In this document: positions 39,453 through 49,184 of the stretch, one piece after another | Layout: the number at the start of each line of letters is the position of its first letter | How positions within the stretch are numbered: the stretch's first letter is position 1 | Source of the DNA: Planctomycetota bacterium | GTDB taxonomy: Bacteria; Planctomycetota; PLA2; JAEUHO01 | Direction: 5' to 3' | DNA length: 64,000 nucleotides | Assembly (NCBI GenBank): GCA_965223505.1 | Contig: CBDCWP010000026.1 | Location: 64,001-128,000, forward strand | Made by a program: the position numbers and the translations under genes | The notes under the pieces: generated by a model | What the model saw: only the letters and a program-made list of their open reading frames with translations | Told to the model about the DNA's origin: nothing | Database searches by the model: none

Positions 39453-39967
39453 TTGCCCGACTCCCGGACGGTCCCGAGGGGCCAGCCGTCGGGTCCGGGG
39501 GAACGGGACAGGCGTACGTGGCCGCACTCACACTGGAAGGGACCGAGGTCGCCCTCCGCGTCCCAGACCTCGACGTCGTTGAGCGTCGCGCGATGAAGCG
39601 CCATGCCCGAGAGGTCCTTGCCGGTGTAGAGCGCGGTGGCGCCGGCGCAGGCCCTGCACATGCGCCGCTCGTTGTCGCCGTAGTACACGGCGTGGTCGAT
39701 GAGAACGGCTCTCGGCTCGGTCACCTCGTCCGTAGCGACATCGCGCGCCGCCATCAGCAGCGCGTTGGCGGCCACACAGGCGTTGGAGAGGCCGTCGAGC
39801 TGATGCCGGTACGCCGAAGCAATGCCAAGTGCCTGCAGCGGCGCTGCGTTACTCAGAGCATCCAGAGCCTGCGCCAGTTCGTCTGCAAGCGTCTCAGCCT
39901 TGTCCCGGCCGTCGTCGAGCATCTCCGCCGCGGCGGCAAGCAGAGAGGCCCTGGGCGCGGCGCTCAC
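39449..39967 (-). CDS. Hypothetical protein with Cys pairs (CRAC, CECG), possible Zn-binding
   Basis: Overlaps neighbours by 4 bp in the same operon. Confidence 0.6.
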   Translation of the reverse strand: MSAAPRASLLAAAAEMLDDGRDKAETLADELAQALDALSNAAPLQALGIASAYRHQLDGLSNACVAANALLMAARDVATDEVTEPRAVLIDHAVYYGDNERRMCRACAGATALYTGKDLSGMALHRATLNDVEVWDAEGDLGPFQCECGHVRLSRSPGPDGWPLGTVRESGK

Positions 39968-40224
39968 TTCGCACCGCCCTTCTTGCTGGCCTCATCGATG
40001 CCGAAGAAACGAGGACCCGAGACGCTCGCGTAACCGGTAATCGCCTTCGCGACGGCGGTCAACGAGCGGTACGACGCGCCCTTGTAGGTGAAACCATCGG
40101 CCGAGACCGTCACGACGTGCTTCTTGCCCTTGTAGAGACGCTCGATCGTCTCGGCCTTCTTGCGCTTCGGTGCGCGCTTCTTCGCGGCCTTGCGCTTCGT
40201 CGCAGTCTTCTTCTTCGCGGCCAT
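39964..40224 (-). CDS. DUF2924-like small basic protein
   Basis: R.YKG..HVVTV..DGFTY.G..Y.SLTAVAKAITG...SGPRFFG. Confidence 0.8.
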   Translation of the reverse strand: MAAKKKTATKRKAAKKRAPKRKKAETIERLYKGKKHVVTVSADGFTYKGASYRSLTAVAKAITGYASVSGPRFFGIDEASKKGGAK

Positions 40225-40409
40225 CACGCACCGCCTTCCTTCTCCAGGCGGCCTTTGAGCTCGCGCAGCAGGTCTTCGGCTTCCTCGCGCGTGTCGCACG
40301 CGCACATCAGTCCCTCGCCCAGGACGTACAGCCCGTCCTTTCGGCGCTCGATGCGAAGCGGCCCCGACGTGTCGAACGTCTCGCCGTCGCTGAAGGTCAA
40401 CTTGGTCAT
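40224..40409 (-). CDS. Small hypothetical protein
   Basis: MTKLTFSDG...; GAGGAG RBS; coupled to the next gene. Confidence 0.6.
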   Translation of the reverse strand: MTKLTFSDGETFDTSGPLRIERRKDGLYVLGEGLMCACDTREEAEDLLRELKGRLEKEGGA

Positions 40410-40630
40410 CTCGGTCTCCTCGCGGCGGGCCGATTCCCGCCGTCGGGAGACACAAGGGCTCCGTATCGCGCACACATCCAGGGCTTCTCGGGGTTGAATC
40501 TGCGTCGGCCACACAGAACCAGAGATCGCCCTATCGGCGCCGCTAGGGAGATGTGAGGGGCGCGATGCGGGCGGCGCAGGAAGGGCCGGGGCGGGTCATG
40601 CGACGACCCCCGCCACGGCGGCGTGCAACG

Positions 40631-40868
40631 TGTCCAGCACGGACCTGGATCAATGGGCCCGACCCGCGATCCAACCCGCATCAAGTTCAGCCGGAATCGA
40701 TCCAGCCGGACCTGGACCACTACCTGGCCACGTTGCGGCAGGGCCCTACGGGACAACGGCGGCTGGGGGCGGGTGGTGGCAAAGCCACCCACCCCCACCG
40801 GCCGTCTTGGACCCTTGATCGACCTGTCCAGCCAGGACACTTCTCTAGGGGAGCTGGCTGGCTGGACA
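40631..40868. repeat. TGTCCAGC iteron-like repeats, putative replication origin
   Basis: Related units at 40631, 40701, 40825; perfect 11-bp IR 40825-40835/40858-40868, downstream of prim-pol gene. Confidence 0.5.
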
Positions 40869-40881
40869 CATCGGTACAATA

Positions 40882-43152
40882 TCACCGCTCGCCTTCCGTG
40901 GACGGATCGCAGCCGCCTCCGAGCGGCTTGGGTAGGTACATGCGCAGCCCGTACCCGCCGGCCCGTCTCGCGCCCGGGTACTCGCCCTGCGCGACGTGTT
41001 CGACGCCTGGCAACTTCTCCAAAACGGCTTCGACGAGATCACGTCCAGGCGGCCGTCCCTGCCTGCCGTCGGAATCCGCCCAGACAGACTGGACCTCGGG
41101 TGTCAGCTTCTTCGGTGTCACGACTCGCGGCTTCCCCGCACGAGCGAGCCGATGTATGGCGCCAACGAGGGCCTCATTGATAGCGGCCTGGACATCGCCG
41201 TGCTCGTGGCGTGGCGTTGCGTTGGATCCGGCCTTGGAAGGAACGAGATCCGCTTCGGCGGCGCGGTACACCATGCGCCCTCGGTCGTTGTCCCAACCGA
41301 GCCGCAGCCACCAGCTGCGACTGGCCACTCCAGGTGGCTCGGGTGGTCGACACCCCTGCGCCAGTGCCTCCGCGCGCTGCGCGAGCCACCGAAGATGCCC
41401 AGGGTCTCGCGCCTCAACTTCGGCCTTCATGACCGTCGATTGCTCATCGACAACCCGAATCCCAAGGTTGGCGCTGGACGCGGCGCGGATCGCCGTGGAG
41501 CCGAGCATGTGGACATGCGACGACGAACCCTCGCCGGCCTTGCGGTCGTGGTGGCAGCACCAGACTGTCGCGGGAATCGCGAGTAGGGCGTTCACCATTG
41601 CGACAGCGTCGCCGGCCTCACTGATGCTCTGCCCCGAGCCCATGGCGGAGAAGGCCGTGTAGGTGTCGATCAAGACCAGATCAACACCTGACTTCTCGAC
41701 GACTCGTGCGACGCCATCGCGCAGTGCCTCAGGAGAAACGAGGAGACTCTTGAACTCGCGAGACGCGATGAGCAACCGGCCCGATCCGCGCAACTCGTAG
41801 TCCGGGTCGTAGAGATCGAAGAAGCTGTGTGCCATCGCCTCCGGCATCTCTGTGAGCACGAGCACGCGCTTCGGTGGCCGTTGACCGAGTTCAATGACGC
41901 CGGCGATCGGGTCGTTGCAACGAAGTGCCTCGCAGAGGCAGTAGAAGGCGAAGTTCGACTTCGAGGACTTGGGCGGGGCATGAACGAAGTTGAGCGCACC
42001 CGCAAGCACGGCCGGCCTCAACACGAATACCTGCTGCGGCGCAGGATTCTCCTTCGTGAAGATGGTCGCGAAGCCGCCGGAGGTGATGAGTTCGTCGAGT
42101 CGATCGATCTCGCTCTGAGCATCCACCATGACATCCCTCCATCGGCTTGGCATGGAGATCCAGCCGGGGATTCCTGCCGCGCGGGCGTCGCGAGCCATCC
42201 TGTTCAGAGTGCCGAGCGTGATTCGATCCTGACCAACGCTGCGCTTGAACGACGCAAGCTTGTTCTTGACGTCTTCGCGCCCGCGGTACTTGTCACGGGA
42301 CTGCTTCGACCAGTCGTCGGCCAGGTCAACAACGACCTCGCGTGCGTCGTCACCCCACGCGTCAATCACGCTCTGCAGGCCAGCAAGGACGCGAATCCAC
42401 GTTTCGTAGTCCGCTGCGACGGGAGCGCCAAGACCCGACAGAGCCCTCACCGCGTCCGAGATGGCGCGACGCGATGACGATCCGCTGCACTGTGCTGGAC
42501 TGCTTCGCGCGCCAGAAGTCTCGGACACGAGCAACACATCAAGGAGCCAGGACGGACCATTGGGGATGTCCTCGGGATATGGCAGATCGTCTTCCCACGC
42601 GTATTCGCCCTCGGCACCCTTCTCACGCACGACGCTCGGTTCGAGCATCAGATAGAACGAGTTCGCCCATCCGCACTCAACACCGGTCCCAATGCCGAGA
42701 GGCTTGCGCGACGGCGTACGTCCGCTCGGATAGCGCATGAGGAAGTGCCAGCCGCCGCTCCATGACCGCTGCGTCGGGAAGCGGCCCCGAAGCCAACCGA
42801 CCGGATCCGTAAGGAACTCCCCCGGCACTTCGGCACGTTCCCCAACCGCCACGGCAAGGTCGCGCGGCCCGTCCTTCTCGTCCTTCGTGTCGACGTCGAG
42901 GTAGAGCACGCCCGGCGGCGGAAGCCCTGCGAGATTAGCTTGCCCTCCGAAGTCTCTGTCGAGAACTGCCTCGAGCTCGTGAATGTCCGCGGTCGCGTCG
43001 TTCTTCCCTGCGGACCCCTTGGTCGGCTTCTTCGAGAAGCGCGGGACCCAGAACTGGGTCCACCCCCTAGCACTGTTCTGTGCAGCGGCTTCGACAAGTT
43101 CGTCGCGCGGTGGCATCGCACGCACGACTTCTGACCTGGCAAGTGTCGGCAC
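40882..43152 (-). CDS. Bifunctional primase-polymerase + PriCT-2-like + AAA/RepA-type helicase
   Basis: LDVD.K, SGGWH prim-pol motifs; DYETWIRV...WS..S.KY; APPKSSKS P-loop, LVLIDT, HHDRK. Confidence 0.85.
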   Translation of the reverse strand: MPTLARSEVVRAMPPRDELVEAAAQNSARGWTQFWVPRFSKKPTKGSAGKNDATADIHELEAVLDRDFGGQANLAGLPPPGVLYLDVDTKDEKDGPRDLAVAVGERAEVPGEFLTDPVGWLRGRFPTQRSWSGGWHFLMRYPSGRTPSRKPLGIGTGVECGWANSFYLMLEPSVVREKGAEGEYAWEDDLPYPEDIPNGPSWLLDVLLVSETSGARSSPAQCSGSSSRRAISDAVRALSGLGAPVAADYETWIRVLAGLQSVIDAWGDDAREVVVDLADDWSKQSRDKYRGREDVKNKLASFKRSVGQDRITLGTLNRMARDARAAGIPGWISMPSRWRDVMVDAQSEIDRLDELITSGGFATIFTKENPAPQQVFVLRPAVLAGALNFVHAPPKSSKSNFAFYCLCEALRCNDPIAGVIELGQRPPKRVLVLTEMPEAMAHSFFDLYDPDYELRGSGRLLIASREFKSLLVSPEALRDGVARVVEKSGVDLVLIDTYTAFSAMGSGQSISEAGDAVAMVNALLAIPATVWCCHHDRKAGEGSSSHVHMLGSTAIRAASSANLGIRVVDEQSTVMKAEVEARDPGHLRWLAQRAEALAQGCRPPEPPGVASRSWWLRLGWDNDRGRMVYRAAEADLVPSKAGSNATPRHEHGDVQAAINEALVGAIHRLARAGKPRVVTPKKLTPEVQSVWADSDGRQGRPPGRDLVEAVLEKLPGVEHVAQGEYPGARRAGGYGLRMYLPKPLGGGCDPSTEGER

Positions 43153-43178
43153 GGCTAAGCCCTGAGCCCTGCCGGCTC

Positions 43179-43370
43179 TTAGGCCCTACGCCGTTGTTCG
43201 ATGTACGACGCGATGTCGCCCGGGTGGAACGCGATGCGGCGGGCGGAGACTCGTACGGTGGTCAGCGCCCCTGATGCGACCAGGGATCTCAGGGTGCGCA
43301 AGCTCACTGTGAGCTGTCGCGCCGCCTCCTGCGCAGAGACGAGTTGAACGGCGGGAATCGACTGGCGCAT
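43179..43370 (-). CDS. Excisionase-like HTH protein
   Basis: EAARQL.VS.RTLR.LV.SG.L...RV..RRI. Confidence 0.85.
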   Translation of the reverse strand: MRQSIPAVQLVSAQEAARQLTVSLRTLRSLVASGALTTVRVSARRIAFHPGDIASYIEQRRRA

Positions 43371-43463
43371 GTGCTTGCTCCATTGCGACGGTGTTGTCGT
43401 GCAATGGGGTGTAGCAGTCTCCGACAGCGGTCCGTAAGCCGCCCGCCGTAAAACAAATCACCG

Positions 43464-44234
43464 CTACGGCGATTGTCTTACGCGGCCTTCCCACCTTCCC
43501 GTCTGCGGGTGCTTCCTGGCCTCGACATCAGAGACCTCGGGATCATCACGGTGGCATCGAAGTTCGCCTGCCGCCGAACGTACGCTCGAGAATAGGCCCT
43601 CATGCTCGAAGCGAACGAGCGCGATCCACTGGTGCTTCTGCGCCACGCCATTCTCGCGAATGAGTTGCGCGAGGCGCTTCCATGCCGGATTCTCCTTCGG
43701 TGGCGCTCCCCGGCGTTTGGGGTGCGCCGGAGGCCGTGGAACTTCGAGCGCATCCAGAAAAGTCCACTTGGTTCTGAAGACCTTGGCAGCGGTTTCCGCG
43801 CCGCTAGCGAGGCGCCCGCCAAGTCGCCGCGAACGTGCGTAGAACCCTGTCTTTCGGGTCTCCCAATCCTCGGAGAGTCCTTCCTTAAAGAGCCCGAGAA
43901 TCTCCCGTGCGAGAACCCCCGCCCGGTGCAATGAGGCTCGCGTCGTCGGGTTCTCCCCGAGACGGTAGAAGCGTTCGAGCTGCTGGTGCGTCACGTAGGT
44001 GCGGATGAGCGGCTCAACCGGAGCGCCGTCCTTCTCGGGCCAGCCACGCCCCGCCGCCGCATACTCGTACATCATCCTCTGCAACTCGATGATCCGAGAG
44101 ACGACATCGCGCGGATCCTCGATGTATGCGCTCGCCCCCGTCCACCTACACCCTAGCGCCATCAACTCCGTCAACTCACCATGAAGGTCATGGAATGTCG
44201 GGTGCGGAATGTGATCAACTCGCAACTCTTCCAT
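43464..44234 (-). CDS. Hypothetical protein
   Basis: Open frame from MEELRV upstream of xis; no motif recognised. Confidence 0.55.
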   Translation of the reverse strand: MEELRVDHIPHPTFHDLHGELTELMALGCRWTGASAYIEDPRDVVSRIIELQRMMYEYAAAGRGWPEKDGAPVEPLIRTYVTHQQLERFYRLGENPTTRASLHRAGVLAREILGLFKEGLSEDWETRKTGFYARSRRLGGRLASGAETAAKVFRTKWTFLDALEVPRPPAHPKRRGAPPKENPAWKRLAQLIRENGVAQKHQWIALVRFEHEGLFSSVRSAAGELRCHRDDPEVSDVEARKHPQTGRWEGRVRQSP

Positions 44235-44371
44235 TCTGCGAGTGTATCTAGCGGAAGGGACGTGCAGGGAGTCCAGCCCTGTGCAGTGCTCATTGCGATA
44301 GCTGCGGACGGGGCTATTTCTGGGGGCGGGACAACCGCGGCGCCAACCGCCAGCTGCTTCGTTCGGAGCCA

Positions 44372-45706
44372 ATGCAAATGCGGATCAGTGTCCAGTATCT
44401 GCCGGCCGACAAGTTGCTCCCGGACCCGGCGAACCCGCGGGTGATCTCGGACTCCGAGATGGCGGCGCTCGTCCGCTCGATCGAAACGTGGGGCCTCGTT
44501 GACCCCATCATCGTGCGCAAGGCCGACAGAACGGTGATTGGCGGCCATCAGCGCCTGCAAGCAGCGCGACGGCTTGGCTACAACTCGGTCCCCGTTGTCG
44601 AGGTCGATCTCTCGGAGGATCAGGCGCGGGCTCTCAACGTGGCGTTGAATCGAATCGGCGGCGAGTGGGACGTGCCCAAGCTGGCCGAACTTCTTCGCGG
44701 TCTCCCCGAGGACCTCGCCACGCTGACCGGCTTCGACCAGGACGCCATCGGGCGTGTGATGCACGAAGCCGAGCAAGCGATCCGCGCCATCCAGGGCGAG
44801 CAGGATCTCGACGCCGTGCCCGAACCGCCCGACGAGGCGGTCACGCAACGGGGCGATCTGATCCTGCTGGGTGAGCACCGCCTCTTGTGTGGTGACGCCG
44901 GAAGTACCGAGGATCTGGACCGACTACTCGACGGAGCGCCGATCCACTTGGCGAATTGTGACCCTCCCTACAACGTCAAGGTCGAGCCCAGGTCGAACAA
45001 TGCCATCGCAGCCGGCCTGACGACGAAGAACGACACGCGCGCCAAGACGCACCATCAGCAACTCGACGTGGCGCGCCATCCGGGCAAGGCCAAGGCGACG
45101 CACGATCGGCTGCGCGCGAAGGACCGTCCGTTAGAGAACGACTTCGTTTCCGACGAGGAGTTCGACCAACTCCTCCATGCGTGGTTCGGCAACCTGTCGC
45201 GTGTGCTACTCCCCGGTCGTGCAGCATACATCTGGGCCGGCTACGCCAACGTCGTGAACTTTCCGCAGGCGCTCAAGGAGGCGGGGCTCTACTTCTCACA
45301 GTGGATCATCTGGGACAAACAGTGGCCGGTGCTGACGCGCAAGGACTTCATGGGCGCCCACGAGGTCTGCTACTACACCTGGAAGGAAGGCGCGGCACAT
45401 CAGTTCTTCGGCCCGCCTAACGTGCCCGACGTATGGGCGGTGAAGAAGGTCAACCCGCAGTCCATGGTTCACCTCACGGAGAAGCCCGTCGAGTTGGCGA
45501 TCCGCGCGATTGAGTACAGCAGCGTTCCCGGTGAGAACGTGCTGGATCTGTTCGGCGGATCCGGTTCGACGCTGATTGCCTGTGAGCAAACGCAGCGCAA
45601 CGGCTACCTGATGGAGCTGGATGGTCTGTATTGCGACATCATCGTCGCTCGGTACGAGCATCTCACCGGGAAGAAGGCGGAACGCGTCCGTTCCGAACCG
45701 TCGTGA
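44372..45706 (+). CDS. ParB-N domain + N6/N4 DNA methyltransferase
   Basis: NPR, IGGHQR ParB motifs; DPPY; H.TEKPVEL; VLDLFGGSGST. Confidence 0.92.
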   Translation: MQMRISVQYLPADKLLPDPANPRVISDSEMAALVRSIETWGLVDPIIVRKADRTVIGGHQRLQAARRLGYNSVPVVEVDLSEDQARALNVALNRIGGEWDVPKLAELLRGLPEDLATLTGFDQDAIGRVMHEAEQAIRAIQGEQDLDAVPEPPDEAVTQRGDLILLGEHRLLCGDAGSTEDLDRLLDGAPIHLANCDPPYNVKVEPRSNNAIAAGLTTKNDTRAKTHHQQLDVARHPGKAKATHDRLRAKDRPLENDFVSDEEFDQLLHAWFGNLSRVLLPGRAAYIWAGYANVVNFPQALKEAGLYFSQWIIWDKQWPVLTRKDFMGAHEVCYYTWKEGAAHQFFGPPNVPDVWAVKKVNPQSMVHLTEKPVELAIRAIEYSSVPGENVLDLFGGSGSTLIACEQTQRNGYLMELDGLYCDIIVARYEHLTGKKAERVRSEPS

Positions 45707-45874
45707 CCGAGGACCCGGCCAGCGCCCTGGACCCCGCCGACCTCGAAGAACAGGCCAAGGCCACGATCGAGTCGTTGTCTCCCTCGACGAATAGGTGACC
45801 TGCGAAGGGCAGGAAACCGGTGTTGATAAGGCTCTCTCCTTTGGCTGGCCTATGTGCCAGGGAAAGGAAGAGAG

Positions 45875-47236
45875 ATGAACGACGATACGAAGGCGCCCGA
45901 GAGGTTGGACGGCCCGCTTCCGAAGGGAGGCGGAGGCGACGAAGTCGCCGGAGCCGAGCGGAGGAAGCGGGCCGTGAGCGGCTACGTGCCCCGCGGCACA
46001 CGCAGCCGTCGTGCTCGAACGGTGCGAAGCGACGCATCGCGTAGCGCGGAGTTCACGGGCGAGCAGCGCCTGTTGGCGCTTGACTGTTGGTTTCGCAGCG
46101 AGCTTGCGGCCACGGAGTTCGCGCCGCTGATCGGCGTGAGCACGGCGTCGCTGTACGCGTGGCGTCGCAAGTTCGAGGAGGAGGGCCCCGCCGGTTTGCT
46201 CGGGCACAAGCGCGGCATGAAGGGCAGCGGGCTGCCCGAGCCGGCGCGCCGTGCGATCCTGATGATGAAGGACGCGCATCCGGACTGGGGCCAGGATCGG
46301 ATCCACGACATGCTGATCCGAACGGAGGGTATCTCGGTTTCAGGCGGCGCGGTTCAGCGCGTGCTGAAGGAAGCGGGCTACGAGGTGGAGGCGGTTGCGC
46401 CGGCGCGCAACCCGCCCAAGGTGAAGCGATTCGAGCGCAAGCGACCGAACGAGCTTTGGCAAACGGATCTATTCACGTTTCTCCTGAAGCGCGAGCGTCG
46501 GCGCGTGCACCTGGTTTGCTACCTGGACGACTTCTCGCGTTTCATCGTGGGCTTCGGGCTTCACGCATCGGCGTCGGGTGCGATGGTTCGGGAGACGTTC
46601 GAGCAGGCGATCGCGAACTTCGGCGCGCCCGAGGAGATTTTGACCGACAACGGCGCGCAGTATCAGACCTGGCGCGGGAAGAGCTCGTTTCGCAAGCTTT
46701 GCGAGAAGCGCGGCATCAAGCAGATCGTGGCCAGGCCGAGGCGGCCGCAGACGCTTGGCAAGATCGAGCGTTTCTGGGGCACGCTGTTTCGCGAGCTGAT
46801 CGACGGAGCGATCTTCCGCGGCATGGAGGACGCCAAGACGCGCATTGCCCACTTCATCGGCTTCTACAACTTCCAGCGCACCCACCAGGGCATTGGCGGC
46901 CTGGTTCCAGCGGACCGATTCTTCGAAGCCTCGCAGAGCGTGCGCAGCGCCCTGCAGGAGGCGGTTGCAACGAACGCCAAGGAGTTGGCGCTTCACGGTG
47001 AGCCGCGCAAGCCCTTGTACCTGGCGGGTCGAATCGGCGACGAGCCGGTGTCGCTTCACGCCGAGGGCGACAAGGTGCTGTTGACGGACAAGGACGGCGT
47101 TCGCGAAGAGGTCGACTTGCGGGCATCGGGCAAGCGCAAGGATGCGGCCAAGGAGGGGCCGGGCGAGAGCGTGCTCGACGACGTGCTCGAGGAGCTCAAG
47201 GCCCTTGACGAGGCGCCCACGAAGGAGCAGGAGTAA
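45875..47236 (+). CDS. DDE transposase (HTH + rve integrase core, IS481-like)
   Basis: WQTD, LTDNG, PQTLGKIERF. Confidence 0.9.
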   Translation: MNDDTKAPERLDGPLPKGGGGDEVAGAERRKRAVSGYVPRGTRSRRARTVRSDASRSAEFTGEQRLLALDCWFRSELAATEFAPLIGVSTASLYAWRRKFEEEGPAGLLGHKRGMKGSGLPEPARRAILMMKDAHPDWGQDRIHDMLIRTEGISVSGGAVQRVLKEAGYEVEAVAPARNPPKVKRFERKRPNELWQTDLFTFLLKRERRRVHLVCYLDDFSRFIVGFGLHASASGAMVRETFEQAIANFGAPEEILTDNGAQYQTWRGKSSFRKLCEKRGIKQIVARPRRPQTLGKIERFWGTLFRELIDGAIFRGMEDAKTRIAHFIGFYNFQRTHQGIGGLVPADRFFEASQSVRSALQEAVATNAKELALHGEPRKPLYLAGRIGDEPVSLHAEGDKVLLTDKDGVREEVDLRASGKRKDAAKEGPGESVLDDVLEELKALDEAPTKEQE

Positions 47237-47742
47237 TGCCTACGAAGAAGAAGAACGTGACGACGATCACGGCGAGCAAGACGTCGCGCAAGCACGTGGC
47301 AGTGATATTGGAAGCGCTCTCAGGCGAGATCGGCACGAGCGAGGCGGCTGAGCAGATGGGCGTGTCGCTCTCGCGCTACTACCAGCTCGAAGGCCGTGCT
47401 TTGAAGGGCATGCTGCGGGCGATGGAGCCGAAGAAGCGCGGCATCCAGAAGACGCCGCAGCGCGAGATATTGGCGCTGAAGGCCGAGAAACAGCACCTGG
47501 AGAAGGAGCTTCGGCGGCACCAGTCCCTGCTTCGTGCGGCCAATCGAAGCCTGGGGCTGGCGCGCGGCGGGCGCAAGCAGGCATCCTCGAAGAAGGGCCG
47601 CAGCGCCAAGCGCGGCCACCGCGGCAAGACGGTGCTGAAGACGCTGCGCACGGGCCTTGAAGAGAAAGGAAACGGCGATGGGACGGCGAAGCGAGATGCC
47701 GACGCTGGTGGCGCGCACGTCGGCGAGCGAGACGGCGCGTGA
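47236..47742 (+). CDS. HTH/coiled-coil accessory protein of the element
   Basis: EAAEQMGVSLSRYYQLE; identical protein at 63129-63635. Confidence 0.8.
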   Translation: MPTKKKNVTTITASKTSRKHVAVILEALSGEIGTSEAAEQMGVSLSRYYQLEGRALKGMLRAMEPKKRGIQKTPQREILALKAEKQHLEKELRRHQSLLRAANRSLGLARGGRKQASSKKGRSAKRGHRGKTVLKTLRTGLEEKGNGDGTAKRDADAGGAHVGERDGA

Positions 47743-48073
47743 GCGCGTGAAGGTGATTCTGCTCACGCTTGGCCGGCAGTGGAGCGTTGGCGATGCGTGC
47801 GAGCGTTTGGGCATCGGCCGAACGCGCTTCCAGGATCTTCGACGTAGGTTCTTGCAGGCCGGCGTTGAGGCGCTTGAAGGCGGCGCTTGTGGCCGGCCGC
47901 GCGCCGTGCTGCCTGACGACGATCATGAGCTTGAGCGCGAGGTGTCGAAGCTACGGCACCGAGTGCGCGTGGTGCGCACGCAGGTGGACATCTTCGATTG
48001 CGGGCTTGGCGAGGCGCCGCGGGTTCGGCACGCGCTGCATGTGGCGCACCAGGAAGGTTGGAGGCAGCGATGA
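47678..48073 (+). CDS. Second HTH accessory protein of the element
   Basis: DACERLGIGRTRFQDLR...GRP; AAAGGA RBS. Confidence 0.75.
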   Translation: MGRRSEMPTLVARTSASETARERVKVILLTLGRQWSVGDACERLGIGRTRFQDLRRRFLQAGVEALEGGACGRPRAVLPDDDHELEREVSKLRHRVRVVRTQVDIFDCGLGEAPRVRHALHVAHQEGWRQR

Positions 48074-49176
48074 GCGAGAAGATGTCGTACGAGGAGCAGG
48101 TGAAGTTCCGGCTTCAGGCCGTGGAGGTGATGCGGCGAAGTGGCTGGGACAAGGAAACACGCGCCTACCTGGCGCGAGTCCTTGGCGTGGCCGAGCGAAC
48201 GATCAGGCGTTGGGAGCTTCGCGTTCGCCAGGGCAAGCCGGTGTACGAGAAGCGTGGCCGCAAGGCCGATGACGTACCACGAGCGAAGCGGCAGAAGGTG
48301 CTGCATGCGATGTTCAAGCTGGGGCCGTTCTCGGGTGTGGCCGTACTTCGGGGCATGTTCAGCGACGTACCGTATCGCGTGCTTTCAGAGATGAAGAGGC
48401 GCCTGCTACGGGTGGCGCTGCGTCGATGGCGCTGGTATCGCAAGCGGCTAGAGTGGGTTCGTTCCGGGGCGGTGTGGGCGGCGGACTTCACCAGGCCCAA
48501 GGCTGGCCTCTGGCAGGGCAAGGATCGACTGTTCCTGGTTCGCGATCTCGGAAGCGGAGCGCAGCTGGCGGCCGTAGCCTGCCGGGGCGAGAAGACGAAG
48601 ACTGTGTGCGCGGCGCTGCTCGCTTTGATCACGCTGTTCGGAGCGCCGCTGATTCTGAAGAAGGACAACGCGGGCGCGTTTCGCTCGGAACAGACGGCCG
48701 CGTTGCTCGAGGAGCACGGCATCACGCCACTCACGTCGCCGCCGTACACGCCCGCCTACAACGGCGCGTGCGAGCGCAGCGGCGGGAACTTCAAGCGACG
48801 TGTACAGCACATCGCGCAGATGGAAGGACATCCCCGCATCTGGCTACCTCAAAACCTCGACGACGCCTTGCTCGTTGCGAATACGACGGCGAGGCCATGG
48901 GGTGCGACTGGGCCGACGCCGGCGGAGGCTCTTGAAGACCGCCGGCCGATCACGAGGCAAGAGAGAACGGCATTTGAGCACGATCTGAAGTTCGAGACCG
49001 ATGCCGCGCTCAAGACATTCAAGGAAAGAAACGCTAGAATGCCGACGTGCATCGAGCGCGCGTCAATCGACCGCAGCGCGACGCAGAGAACGCTCTGCAA
49101 GCACGGCTATCTACAGTTCCGGAGAGGGCGCTTATCAACACTAGTTTCCGCTTGGCGGACGCGGCCTAACGCGTAG
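48070..49176 (+). CDS. Second DDE transposase (HTH + rve core), reads into the right end
   Basis: WAADF, KDNAGAF, PAYNGACER. Confidence 0.88.
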   Translation: MSEKMSYEEQVKFRLQAVEVMRRSGWDKETRAYLARVLGVAERTIRRWELRVRQGKPVYEKRGRKADDVPRAKRQKVLHAMFKLGPFSGVAVLRGMFSDVPYRVLSEMKRRLLRVALRRWRWYRKRLEWVRSGAVWAADFTRPKAGLWQGKDRLFLVRDLGSGAQLAAVACRGEKTKTVCAALLALITLFGAPLILKKDNAGAFRSEQTAALLEEHGITPLTSPPYTPAYNGACERSGGNFKRRVQHIAQMEGHPRIWLPQNLDDALLVANTTARPWGATGPTPAEALEDRRPITRQERTAFEHDLKFETDAALKTFKERNARMPTCIERASIDRSATQRTLCKHGYLQFRRGRLSTLVSAWRTRPNA

Positions 49177-49184
49177 GGGACACA

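Larger units (their letters stand above)
45776..49184 (+). mobile_element. Four-ORF transposable element with two DDE proteins (complete copy)
   Basis: TGT...ACA ends; imperfect IRs incl. GAAACCGGTGTTGATAAGGCTCTCTCC vs GAAACTAGTGTTGATAAGCGCCCTCTCC; same right end in three copies. Confidence 0.85.
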
